DNA from: Verrucomicrobiota bacterium
GTDB taxonomy: Bacteria > Verrucomicrobiota > Verrucomicrobiia > Chthoniobacterales > Chthoniobacteraceae
Reading direction: 5' to 3'
Length of the DNA stretch: 64,000 bases
Assembly: GCA_041159065.1 (NCBI GenBank)
Contig: JBEBAG010000288.1
Location: 380 to 64,379, forward strand
In this document: one piece after another, positions 54,494 to 63,501 of the stretch
How positions within the stretch are numbered: the stretch's first letter is position 1
Layout: each line of letters starts with the position of its first letter
Translations under genes and position numbers: made by a program
The notes under the pieces: model-generated
Seen by the model: only the letters and a program-made list of their open reading frames with translations
What the model was told of the DNA's origin: nothing
Database searches by the model: none

Positions 54494-57400
54494 GGGAGGT
54501 AGATGAATTCCTTGAGGTTGAAGACGAGGTGGGCGGTCTGACGAAGGGCGGCGTCGGGCGCGCTGTTTCGGAGGCGCTCCTCGTAGAAGGTGCGCAGGGC
54601 CTCCACTTCTCCGGGGGCTTCGGGACGCGAGAAGGCGCGTTGAACGAGGGACCGGAGGGCGTCTTCCACCGGGGAGTTTTTGGATAGCACGCTGCGGGCG
54701 CCCTCCGCCCACTTCAGGGCCTGATGCTGCACAAAGGGCGAGTTGAGCAGGGTGATCGCCTGGCCTGGGGTGTTGCTCACATCGCGGCTGCCCCGGGTCG
54801 TGTTGGGCATCGGAACATCGAACGACGCGAACAGCGCGTTCTGTCCCTCCCGCTTCGTCTGGACGTAGAGGCCACGCCGCCGGTCGTTCTCGGGCGCCGC
54901 ATTCAGGGGCGTGCTGGGACCGTACATCGCGGGATCCAGCACTCCGGACACGGAGAGCAGGTGATCGCGGATGATTTCGGCATCCATCCGGCGAATGGGG
55001 GCGCGGGTGAGGAACCGGTTGGAGGCATCCTGCTCGAGCAGGGCGGAGGTGGGCTGACTGCTGAGGCGGAACGTGCGGGTGGAGAGCAGGTAGCGGATGT
55101 TGTCCTTGAGGTCGAATCCGGTGCGGATGAGACGCGAGGCGAGGTGGTCGAGCAGCTCGGGATGCGAGGGCTGCTGTCCGGTGCGGCCGAAGTTGTCCGG
55201 AGTGGAGACGAGCCCTTGTCCGAAGACGTGATGCCAGAGGCGGTTCGCGATGATGCGGGCGAAGAGAGGGTTGTCTGGTCGGGTGAGTTCGCGGGCCAGT
55301 TCGAGGCGGCCGGATCCGTGCTGGAGGGCGAAGGGTTTGCCACGGAGGGAGCTCAGGAAGGCGCGTGCGACAGGTTCGGAGGGCTTTTGGATGTTACCCC
55401 GGGTGTAGAGCGGTTGATCGAACCCGGGCCCCTCAATCACGCCGGGCGCGGAGCGGTTGGCGCTTTCGGCAAGGGCGTCTTCCCGGCTGCGGAATCGCTG
55501 GAGGGCTTCCTTGGAAACGGCGTTAAGGGAGGCGGTGTCGCCCCGGATCAGGCGGGAGGCAAGGCAGTCCGAGAGGAAAAGGGCGTCCTCCTCGGTGAAG
55601 GCGGGGGTTTGCCAGCGCTCCAGCACGCGGGTGATGGCGACCGAGTAAAGGCGAGCCAGTTCCTCCTCGTTCGTCGGAGCCGGCTCCTCCCGGAGAGAGA
55701 GCAGCGGAGTCAGCGAGAACTGATCGGGGGTGATGGCGTCCTTGGGGCTCTTGAGGAGACGTACCTCGGAGAGATGAAACCAGGATCCCCGGGTGGCCTT
55801 GCCGGGTTGGCGTCCCAGACGGCCCGCGGTGCCCCCCTGCGGAGTGGTGCGAGTCTGCGCGGTACTGATTTGCAGGTAGCCGCGGGCTCCTTTCCAGAGC
55901 GCGGTGGGGCGGTTGAACCATTCCGGGGTGCCTTCCTCCGCGCCTGCCCACTGGGTGTACAGAATTCCAGACATCGGAAAATTCTGTGGGGCGAGCCGCG
56001 CAAGGGCGCCTCCCGCTCCAGCCCAGCGGACGGCCATCGCGCCCTCAGGCACGAGGAAGTCGCCGGAGGTCACCGTGGCCTGCTCGCGAGCGGTGGCGTC
56101 CGCAGAAAAAAGCCCTGCGGGCAGAATACTCAACACCGCCTCGGTATCGGAAACGCCCAGCCCGAGTTCCCCCGCGGGGCGCGGCGTGAGGCGTCCGTCC
56201 GCGACCAGCCAATCCGGAGAAAGCCCGGTGCGCAGGTCCCAGTGAACGGCGGTCACCTCGGCGTTGCGCGTGGCGGTGGCGGCGCGGCGGGTTTCGAGGT
56301 TTTGACGATGCCCGGTCCAGCGCTTTGCCAGATCAGGCTGGGTGCGCCACTCGAGCCACGGATGCAACAGGTCGCTGTCGGCGATGCGGGTGGGCTCTGG
56401 CTTTTTAGAATCCTTCTTCTTTTCCTCCGCGGCTTGGGAGCGTGCCTTATCCCAGTCCTGCAGGCGTTGGAGGACTCCGGCGGGCGTGTTGTCCTCAAGC
56501 CAAAATGCTTTCAGAGCGGTGGCCAGGCGCTCTCTCGCGCTTCGGAGTTCAGCGCGCGCGGAATCGAGGGCGGCCGGCGTAAGGAGCGGGCGCTGGGCGG
56601 GGCGCGAACTCGCGAAGATGCCGAACAGCGCGTAGTAGTCCTTCTGACTGATGGCGTCGAACTTGTGATCGTGACAGCGGGCGCAGGAGACGGTCAGGCC
56701 GAGGGTGGCCTTGGTGACGACATCGATCTGGTTGTCGGTGAATTTGACGAGTTCATCGAGGGCATCGACGGGGAAGTACCCGTGCTCGACAAACCGGAAA
56801 TGGGCCAGCCCGATGCGGGATTCGTGGAGGCGCCCGGTCGGGTCGAGGCGCGGTTTTTCGAGGAGATCGCCCGCGAGGTGTTCGCGCACAAGTTGATCGT
56901 AGGGGACGTTCGCGTTGAGCGCGCGGATGAGGTAGTCGCGGTACTCGAAAGCGTTCGGGACCACGGGATCGCCCTGGCCTCCGTTTCCTTCCGAATAGCG
57001 GAACCAGTCCATCCAGTGGCGGGCCCAACGTTCCCCAAATGCGGGGGAGGCCAGCAGCGAGTCCACGAGTGCGGCGGGTTCCTCATTCGAGAGGGCTGGA
57101 GCCGGCAAGCCCGTGAGGACGTAGTGCAGGCGGCGGCGGATCGTGAAAGGATCCGCATCGGGGACGGGCGCGAGGCCCTCCCGGATCTGGGCGGCGCGCA
57201 CGAACTGGTCCACGGGGTGGGTGGAGAAGGCCGGGTCGGCGCTGGGCACGGGGGGATCGGTGATGGGCAGGAAGCTCCACCATTGCGCGCGGCGTTTGGC
57301 GATGGCGGCCCAGTCGGTGTCGGCGGCGAGCTGTTGGGGCGTGGGCGGCGTGTCGCGGGGATCGGGGGCGCCCATGGCGATCCAGCGGGTGAAGTCGGCG

Positions 57401-57744
57401 ATGGTCTGCGCGTCCAGCTTGGCGCCGGCCTTGGGCATTTTGAGATCCGGTTCCTCGTGCCGGATGGTCTTCAGAAAGAGGCTTTCCCCGGGTTTGCCCG
57501 GGACGATGACGTCCCCGGAGTCTCCGCCCTGTTGCCAGCCCGCCCGGCTGTCGAGCAGGAGACCTCCCTTGGCCTTGGTGGCTTTGGAGTGGCACTCGTA
57601 GCATTCCTGCGCGAGCACGGGGCGGATGCGGGACTCGAAAAACGCGATGCCCTCCTCGGTGGGGGCTGCGGATGCGGAGACGCTCGGCAGGAGCAGGCCG
57701 AGCAGGACGGGCCATCGGAGGGTGGTGGCGGCGTGGGGGCTCAT
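54490..57744 (-). CDS. PSCyt1/DUF1549/DUF1553 (PSD1) planctomycete-cytochrome-type secreted protein
   Basis: Signal peptide ...LRWPVLLGLLLPSVSASA. CYECHSKATKAKGGLLLD, HPVDQFVRAAQIREGL, VSCARCHDHKFDAISQKDYY. The ATG overlaps the IclR stop (57741-57744). Confidence 0.88.
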   Translation of the reverse strand: MSPHAATTLRWPVLLGLLLPSVSASAAPTEEGIAFFESRIRPVLAQECYECHSKATKAKGGLLLDSRAGWQQGGDSGDVIVPGKPGESLFLKTIRHEEPDLKMPKAGAKLDAQTIADFTRWIAMGAPDPRDTPPTPQQLAADTDWAAIAKRRAQWWSFLPITDPPVPSADPAFSTHPVDQFVRAAQIREGLAPVPDADPFTIRRRLHYVLTGLPAPALSNEEPAALVDSLLASPAFGERWARHWMDWFRYSEGNGGQGDPVVPNAFEYRDYLIRALNANVPYDQLVREHLAGDLLEKPRLDPTGRLHESRIGLAHFRFVEHGYFPVDALDELVKFTDNQIDVVTKATLGLTVSCARCHDHKFDAISQKDYYALFGIFASSRPAQRPLLTPAALDSARAELRSARERLATALKAFWLEDNTPAGVLQRLQDWDKARSQAAEEKKKDSKKPEPTRIADSDLLHPWLEWRTQPDLAKRWTGHRQNLETRRAATATRNAEVTAVHWDLRTGLSPDWLVADGRLTPRPAGELGLGVSDTEAVLSILPAGLFSADATAREQATVTSGDFLVPEGAMAVRWAGAGGALARLAPQNFPMSGILYTQWAGAEEGTPEWFNRPTALWKGARGYLQISTAQTRTTPQGGTAGRLGRQPGKATRGSWFHLSEVRLLKSPKDAITPDQFSLTPLLSLREEPAPTNEEELARLYSVAITRVLERWQTPAFTEEDALFLSDCLASRLIRGDTASLNAVSKEALQRFRSREDALAESANRSAPGVIEGPGFDQPLYTRGNIQKPSEPVARAFLSSLRGKPFALQHGSGRLELARELTRPDNPLFARIIANRLWHHVFGQGLVSTPDNFGRTGQQPSHPELLDHLASRLIRTGFDLKDNIRYLLSTRTFRLSSQPTSALLEQDASNRFLTRAPIRRMDAEIIRDHLLSVSGVLDPAMYGPSTPLNAAPENDRRRGLYVQTKREGQNALFASFDVPMPNTTRGSRDVSNTPGQAITLLNSPFVQHQALKWAEGARSVLSKNSPVEDALRSLVQRAFSRPEAPGEVEALRTFYEERLRNSAPDAALRQTAHLVFNLKEFIYLP

Positions 57745-58541
57745 AGACGCAGGCGGGCTTCGATTTGGCGGGCGGCTTCCTGAACCCTGCGTCCGACCGT
57801 TTCAAATTGGGACTCGGGGAGGCGCGCCATGGGGGCGATGATGGTGACGGCGGCGACGGGGTTGCCGTATTCGTCCAAAATGGGCGCGGCGATGCAGTGG
57901 ATTCCCTCGATGCCCTCTGCCCGGTCCACGGCGAAACCCGTGAGGCGGGTCAGTTCGAGTTCGCGCTCGAGATCTTTGCGGCGGCTGAGCGTCGTGGGGG
58001 TAAATGATTTGAGGGAGCGTCCCAAAAACCACTGGTTGCGCTGGGCCTCGCTCCAGTACGCGAGGATGGCCTTGCCCGGCGCACAGGAATAGAGGGGGCA
58101 GCGCATCCCGATCCGGCCCGTGACCTGCAGGGCATGAATGCCCTGGAATTGCTCGAGGATGAGCGCCTTCCCGCCGGACTCAATCAGGAGTTGGACGGTT
58201 TCCCCGAGCTCATCCCGGAGGCTGCGCAGGGCGTCCTGGGCGCACACCACGAGGCTCTTGTCCCCGACCTTGGGCCGGGACAGATCGAGGAGGCGGTTGG
58301 AGAGGGTGTAGCGTTTGTCATCCTCACGCTGCACCGCGTAGCCCATCAGGGCGAGGGTCTTGAGGATGCGGAAGACCAGGTTGCCAGTGATGCCGGAATA
58401 CCGCGTGGCTTCGGCGGCGGAGAGGCCGGCGGGGTGCTGGGCGAGGAGATCGAGGAGGGCGAGGGTCTTGGCGCCCGTGGGGGAGGGGAGGGCGTCGAGG
58501 TCCGTGGAGGGGGAGGGGACGGTCTGCGTATATGCGCTCAT
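57741..58541 (-). CDS. IclR-family transcriptional regulator
   Basis: wHTH LALLDLLAQHPAGLSAAEATRYSGITGNLVFRILKTLALMGYAVQ followed by an IclR-type effector domain (...GIHCIAAPILDEYGNPVAAVTIIAP...). Confidence 0.88.
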   Translation of the reverse strand: MSAYTQTVPSPSTDLDALPSPTGAKTLALLDLLAQHPAGLSAAEATRYSGITGNLVFRILKTLALMGYAVQREDDKRYTLSNRLLDLSRPKVGDKSLVVCAQDALRSLRDELGETVQLLIESGGKALILEQFQGIHALQVTGRIGMRCPLYSCAPGKAILAYWSEAQRNQWFLGRSLKSFTPTTLSRRKDLERELELTRLTGFAVDRAEGIEGIHCIAAPILDEYGNPVAAVTIIAPMARLPESQFETVGRRVQEAARQIEARLRL

Positions 58542-58632
58542 CTTATCATATACGATCCTGACGTCCCCCCGCCCTTAGCGTTTATTTTGCGCAGCGGGGT
58601 GCCGGAGCGGGAGGGGAGAGGGTGCGGCGGGG

Positions 58633-59913
58633 CTAGACGCGCAGCCCGCGAATCCCGGTGCCGGTGCTGGAGCCGAATTGGGACACTTCAACGCCGGTTT
58701 CCTGGAGGATCTGGAGGTAGAGATCGCACAGGGGCGGGGCGTTTTTCGGGTCGAAGGCGAGGTGTTGGCCATGCTGGAAGCGGCCTCCTGCGAGCAGGAT
58801 GGGGAGGTTCATGTTGTGGTGCATGCTGGCGTTTCCGAGGGGGGAACCGAGGAGGTTGATGGTGCTCTGCAGTTGGGTTCCGGTGGCGTCCCTGCCCTGT
58901 TTCAGGCGGCGGAGATGGGCGGACCATTCAGAGAGCAAGTCGGATTCCAGAAGCGCGAGTTGCTCCAGTTTTTCGGGGCTTTGGCCGTGATGGGTGAGGT
59001 CGTGATGGGCGAAGCTCGAGCCGGGATCGGAGGGGGTCTTGGTGGTGCCGCCGAAGAAAATGGCGACGGCCCGGGTGAGATCGGCTTGGAGCGCGAGGCG
59101 GGAGACTTCGAGGAGCAGTCCAAGTTTACGGGTTTGTTCGCCGGGGCCCGGATCGACCACCGGACGAACGCCGGGGTTGGGTTTGGGCTGGCGGGCGTAG
59201 TGTTCGTTTTGGTGGAGGCGTGTTTCGAGTTCGCGCACGCTGGTGAAGTACTCGTCGAGCTTTTCGCGATCGCTTGCGCCGACTTCCGACTCAAGGCGCC
59301 TGGATTTCTGGAGCAGACGGTCGAGGATGGACTGTCCGCGCTGGAGGCGGGTGAGTTCGCGTTCGACCTCCGCGGGAGAGCCTTGGAGAAACAGTTTCGA
59401 GAAGAGGGCCCGGGGGCTGGAGAAGGCGGGAACGGCGATGCCGGCGCGGGTGTAACTGCCACTTAACGTCGAGTGTGTGGACAGGCTCAGTGCCGGATAG
59501 CGCACGTCTTTTGCGGCGTTTTCGGCGATGCACTGATCGATCGAGATGCTGTTGCGAAACACCGGCGAACCCGGAAAACGCGCTCCGGTGAAGAAGGAAA
59601 GATCTCCAATGTGCCCGCCGGTGACATCGGGATGCTGGAGGCCGGAAAAGACGGTGAAATCGTTTCGATGCTCCTGCAGGGGCTGGAGATAGCGCGAGGG
59701 CGTGTAGTTGGCTCCGGTGTCTTCGGGAAAGAAGTACGGAGGATAAAAGCCGAAGCAGTTTTCGACTCCGATAAAGCGCAGGGCGGGTTTGGGATCGGCA
59801 CCGAATGCGGGCCGCATGGCGTCCAGCCAGGGCAGGGCGAGGACGATGCCGGAGGCTTGCAGGAAGCTGCGGCGTGAGAGCGAGATTTGCCGGGTAACGC
59901 GGAGGGGGGTCAT
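58633..59913 (-). CDS. DUF1552 domain protein, Tat-exported
   Basis: SRRSFLQASGIVLALPWLDAM. Collinear similarity to the protein at 14973-16268. 13 nt downstream of its DUF1592-family partner. Confidence 0.85.
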   Translation of the reverse strand: MTPLRVTRQISLSRRSFLQASGIVLALPWLDAMRPAFGADPKPALRFIGVENCFGFYPPYFFPEDTGANYTPSRYLQPLQEHRNDFTVFSGLQHPDVTGGHIGDLSFFTGARFPGSPVFRNSISIDQCIAENAAKDVRYPALSLSTHSTLSGSYTRAGIAVPAFSSPRALFSKLFLQGSPAEVERELTRLQRGQSILDRLLQKSRRLESEVGASDREKLDEYFTSVRELETRLHQNEHYARQPKPNPGVRPVVDPGPGEQTRKLGLLLEVSRLALQADLTRAVAIFFGGTTKTPSDPGSSFAHHDLTHHGQSPEKLEQLALLESDLLSEWSAHLRRLKQGRDATGTQLQSTINLLGSPLGNASMHHNMNLPILLAGGRFQHGQHLAFDPKNAPPLCDLYLQILQETGVEVSQFGSSTGTGIRGLRV

Positions 59914-59926
59914 GGTGGAGGAGTGG

Positions 59927-62900
59927 TTATTTGTGGGTGAAAAGACGGCTCTGGATGACTGCGTGAATCAGGCTGCGGACGCCGAAACCCTCGGCTCGTG
60001 CGTGTTGCACGAGGGCCTCGATCACCTCGCGGTCTGCGAATTGGGGACGGGCCCCGGTGAGCTGTGAGACGAGTTTTTCCGTAAGCGCGCGTGCGAGGAC
60101 TTCCGGTTGCGCCCGGAGGCGTTCCTTGAATCCACGGATGTCCTCGAAGGCGAATCCGTCCGCCATCGTGGCGCTGGGATCGACCTTTGGCCCCTCTAAA
60201 AACAACCGATGGACGTCGCCCGGGAGGGTGACCGTTTTGCTGCGGTTTTCCTCGCCCAGAATCCGGTAGTGCGTGCGCCAGCGGCCGGTGACATCGAAGC
60301 TTTCGAGGGCGAATCCCGGCGGATCCATTTTGGCATGGCAGACGGAACACGCGGCGTCGCTGCGGTGTTTTTCAAGCTGTGCGCGGATGGTGGTGGCGCC
60401 TCGGATATCGGGCTCAATGGCAGGCACGCCCTTGGGCGGGGGCTCGGGCGGGGTCCCAAGAATGCGCTCCAGTACGTAGGCGCCGCGGACCACGGGGGAG
60501 GTGAGCGTGCCGTTCGCGGAGACCTTGAGGACGGCTCCCTGCGTGAGGAATCCTCCGCGCGGGGAAGAGGGATCGAGCGCCACTTTGCGGATCGTGTCGC
60601 CGCGAACCCCGGGGATTCCGTAGTGCTCGGCGAGTCGTTCGTTGAGCATGGCGAAGTCGCTGTGCACGATGTGGGAGACGTCGAGGTTTTCCTGGACGAG
60701 GGTCCGCCAGAAGGCCTCCGACTCCGCCAGCATGGCGTCCTGGAGTTGCCCTTCGAACTCGGTGAAGAGCTTGGTGTCGGGCTGCGTGGCGTCGATGTCT
60801 CTGAGGTTGAGCCAGTTCGCGAGAAAGTGTCTGGCGAACCGCGCGGAACGGGGGTCGTTCAGAAGGCGTTCCGTCTGCTGGCGGAGGACCTCGGGCGAGT
60901 GGAGAGATCCCTGTCGTGCGAGTTCCAGCAGGGTGTCGTCCGGGGTGGAACTCCAGAGACCGTAGGAGAGGCGGGAGGCGAGGGCAAAGTCGTCGAGCGG
61001 GCCCGGGGTTTCGCGAAGGAAGAGGAATTCGGGGGAGCAGAGGGCCAGTTTGAAGGACTCGCGGAGGGCCTCGTCGAAGCGGGTGCCCTTGGCGATTTGT
61101 TCGTGGAATGGAGCGAGCACCTCCTGGAGTTCCGCATCGGAAACGGGTCGTCGAAACAGCTTGGGCAGGGCGGCTGCGAGGATCCTGCGTGCGTCGTCCT
61201 CGGGGCGGCTGGAGGCGACCTCGAACCGCGATCCATCCTCGCGCGGAGGGCAGGCTCGGAGGGGAAGATCGCCGTAGAGGAGGCGATGACCGCGGGGTGG
61301 CCATATTTCAAAGAGGGGCCCCTCGATTTCGATGGATTCGATGACTGCACACATGCCGTGGAATTTTCCACCTTCCTGGCCCGGTTGATCGGGAATGATG
61401 CGGTAGGGCGCGATTTGCAGGGTGTGGGTGCGCGGGACGCGGGCCTCGTACACGAAGTCGCGGAATTCCGTGGGACTGGCCTCATAATAGCGCGGATGGA
61501 GGACGGTCCCGGAGGCGTTTCGGGAGGAGATGCCGAGGGAGAGGGTCATGCGCGGATCGGGGCCGGGTTGCGGCCAGAGGTTGTTCAGGCGGAGTCCTCC
61601 CTGCCCCTTGCGTTCGGGGGAGACGCGGTTCGCTGCCTTTCCCGCACCGCCGGAGTCCCCGGCATCATCGAGCATCGCGCGGGCGCGGACCTTGAAACGG
61701 TAGAGGGCGTCGGGAACCTCCGGACTCCAGTCGAGGTCGCGGACACCGCGTCCGCGAAACGCGCGGATGGCGAGGAAGCCCTCGGGGGAGAAGCTCCACG
61801 CGTGCTGGGATTGCTCCGGCTTGGTGAGCCAGATATCCGAGAGATCCGTGCGGAGGATACGGGAGGGGGGTTTGGGATAAAGGAGGGTGGCATCCCTCAG
61901 GAGGGTGTCTGCGGTTTCGAGATAGCGTTCGAGATGGGCGGCTGAGAGGTGGAGCGCGTTCCCGATCGTGTCGAACCCACCCTCGGAAGGATCCGCTGGC
62001 AGGAGATCCTCGATCGGGGTGTTCACGTCGAAGAGGTCGCGGATGGTCTGCTGGTACTCGGCGCGGTTGAGCCGCCGGTAGACCACGCGGCCTTGGCGTT
62101 GCTGTTGCTGCAGGCTGTGAGTATGCAGCGCGGTGCGGAGGGATTGCGTGAACTCCGCGCGAAGCGCGGGGGCGGGGCGCTTTTCCTGAGGGGGCGGCAT
62201 TTCCCCGTGGTCGACCTTGTCGAAGACGCGGATCCAGCGCGCGAAGTTCTCGGGATCCTGGGGATTCCATGCGAGGGAGGAAAGGTCGAGGCCGCCCTTG
62301 TGGGTGTCGGCGTCGTGGCAGTCCATGCAGTGGGCGTCGAAGAGGGGCATCGCCTTGTGCGGGAAACCGGGGGCGATCGGGCCCGAGTTCGCGTGGGACG
62401 GAGTTGTTTCGGGGAGGCGGCGCGCGAGACGGAATCCGACGTCGCGCTGGGGAATGTTGGGGCGACAGCCCAGCCGCATCACGGCGCGCAGGGCGGCGGC
62501 GGGTTTGGTGACGGAGCCCCCGCGCAGGACGCGCTCGTTTTGGAGGCGCGGAGTTTCGGTCCATTCCCAGACGCTGCCGCCTTGGTCGAAGGTTCCGTAG
62601 TGGCTGGGCGAGAGGGGGTGGGAGCCGACGGGGTTGAGGAATGCGTAATTGAGGTCGTGGAGGGTGAGGTCGAGGAAGCTCGCGGATTGGGGGATGCTTC
62701 CCCCGCGGCGTTCCAGGCGCGGGGGCTCCATGGACCGGGTGGGATACAGCCAGTAATGGCTTTGCGGACCGCCCTCCGCCGCGGGGTGGTGGTAGGCGGC
62801 CTTGTACCATTCGTTTTCGGTGGGAACCCAGAACTTCGCCTCGGGGAGATGGGTTTCGGGAAGGCGGCCTTCGGCGAGCAGATAGGCGCCGTTTTCAGTG

Positions 62901-63397
62901 TCGGCGGGGCCCATGCCGTTGTGGAGCCAGTTGGCGAAGCGCATGGCATCGGCAACGGTGACAAAATTCACCGGCAGGGAATCGGCGTTGGGAAGCAGCT
63001 GGTAGCGGTAGGAGCCCGGGGCGCCGGTGCGCTGGATGAGGGCGGTGTGTCTTTGGTAGACGACCGCTTCCCCCATCTCGGGTTTCCAGAGCCGGTGCGG
63101 ATCGGATGCCGCGACCGCATTGAGAAATTCCACGTATTGTCCCGCGGTGACCTCGAATTTCCCGATCTGAAAGGCCCGGGCGACCGAACCGAAGCCTGTG
63201 GCATCCGGCGGATTGCCCGGGTTGCCGATCGTGACCCATTCGATCGCGCTTGGGGTGGAGCTCGAGGTGGAATCCGGGGAGCCACGCCCGGGCTGGGGAA
63301 AGGCGAGCAGCGTGCCAAGGAGCAGCGCGCGGCCCAGGGCTTGGCCGACTCTCGGGTGGGGGGTGGGAATGCGTAGGGAGGGAGGAAGGGGTTGCAT
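59927..63397 (-). CDS. FGE/SUMF1-like (formylglycine-generating-enzyme family) domain fused to a DUF1592-family planctomycete-cytochrome-type protein
   Basis: Track ORF 59927-63466, trimmed to ATG 63397 (MQPLPPSL...ALGRALLLGTLLAFP). About 62414-63244: WVTIGNPGNPPD...FQIGKFEVTAGQYVEFLN...FVTVADAMRFANWL...WVPTENEWYKAA...GSVWEWTE...LRGGS...DVGFRLARR (FGE-sulfatase fold pattern). Then CMDCHD (62318-62329), and C-terminal CSVCHAKMDPPGFALESFDVTGRWR as in the protein at 12278-14962. Confidence 0.85.
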   Translation of the reverse strand: MQPLPPSLRIPTPHPRVGQALGRALLLGTLLAFPQPGRGSPDSTSSSTPSAIEWVTIGNPGNPPDATGFGSVARAFQIGKFEVTAGQYVEFLNAVAASDPHRLWKPEMGEAVVYQRHTALIQRTGAPGSYRYQLLPNADSLPVNFVTVADAMRFANWLHNGMGPADTENGAYLLAEGRLPETHLPEAKFWVPTENEWYKAAYHHPAAEGGPQSHYWLYPTRSMEPPRLERRGGSIPQSASFLDLTLHDLNYAFLNPVGSHPLSPSHYGTFDQGGSVWEWTETPRLQNERVLRGGSVTKPAAALRAVMRLGCRPNIPQRDVGFRLARRLPETTPSHANSGPIAPGFPHKAMPLFDAHCMDCHDADTHKGGLDLSSLAWNPQDPENFARWIRVFDKVDHGEMPPPQEKRPAPALRAEFTQSLRTALHTHSLQQQQRQGRVVYRRLNRAEYQQTIRDLFDVNTPIEDLLPADPSEGGFDTIGNALHLSAAHLERYLETADTLLRDATLLYPKPPSRILRTDLSDIWLTKPEQSQHAWSFSPEGFLAIRAFRGRGVRDLDWSPEVPDALYRFKVRARAMLDDAGDSGGAGKAANRVSPERKGQGGLRLNNLWPQPGPDPRMTLSLGISSRNASGTVLHPRYYEASPTEFRDFVYEARVPRTHTLQIAPYRIIPDQPGQEGGKFHGMCAVIESIEIEGPLFEIWPPRGHRLLYGDLPLRACPPREDGSRFEVASSRPEDDARRILAAALPKLFRRPVSDAELQEVLAPFHEQIAKGTRFDEALRESFKLALCSPEFLFLRETPGPLDDFALASRLSYGLWSSTPDDTLLELARQGSLHSPEVLRQQTERLLNDPRSARFARHFLANWLNLRDIDATQPDTKLFTEFEGQLQDAMLAESEAFWRTLVQENLDVSHIVHSDFAMLNERLAEHYGIPGVRGDTIRKVALDPSSPRGGFLTQGAVLKVSANGTLTSPVVRGAYVLERILGTPPEPPPKGVPAIEPDIRGATTIRAQLEKHRSDAACSVCHAKMDPPGFALESFDVTGRWRTHYRILGEENRSKTVTLPGDVHRLFLEGPKVDPSATMADGFAFEDIRGFKERLRAQPEVLARALTEKLVSQLTGARPQFADREVIEALVQHARAEGFGVRSLIHAVIQSRLFTHK

Positions 63398-63426
63398 CTC
63401 ACAGGCACGCTTCCCCGGGGCGGTCG

Positions 63427-63468
63427 GTTTGCCGTTTTTTTTGAAAATTTCGAGAAAGTCCGGCAAAC
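63427..63468. promoter_or_regulatory. 8-bp inverted repeat flanking an AT-rich spacer in a divergent promoter region
   Basis: GTTTGCCG (63427-63434) ... 26-nt AT-rich spacer ttttttttgaaaatttcgagaaagtc ... CGGCAAAC (63461-63468). It lies in the 104-nt gap between the FGE-DUF1592 gene start (63397) and the ECF sigma start (63502). Function not established. Confidence 0.3.
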
Positions 63469-63501
63469 GGGCAGGTTTTTTGCGGCTCTTGAGTGGGAAT
63501 C

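Noticed and set aside
54724-57783. 1019-aa plus-strand ORF, the longest non-annotated ORF in the track
   Set aside because: It lies exactly antisense to the PSD1 gene (54490-57744), which has clear family motifs (CYECH, CARCHDHKFD). Its composition is G/A/R/E/V-rich with no domain signature. It is a GC-driven artefact.
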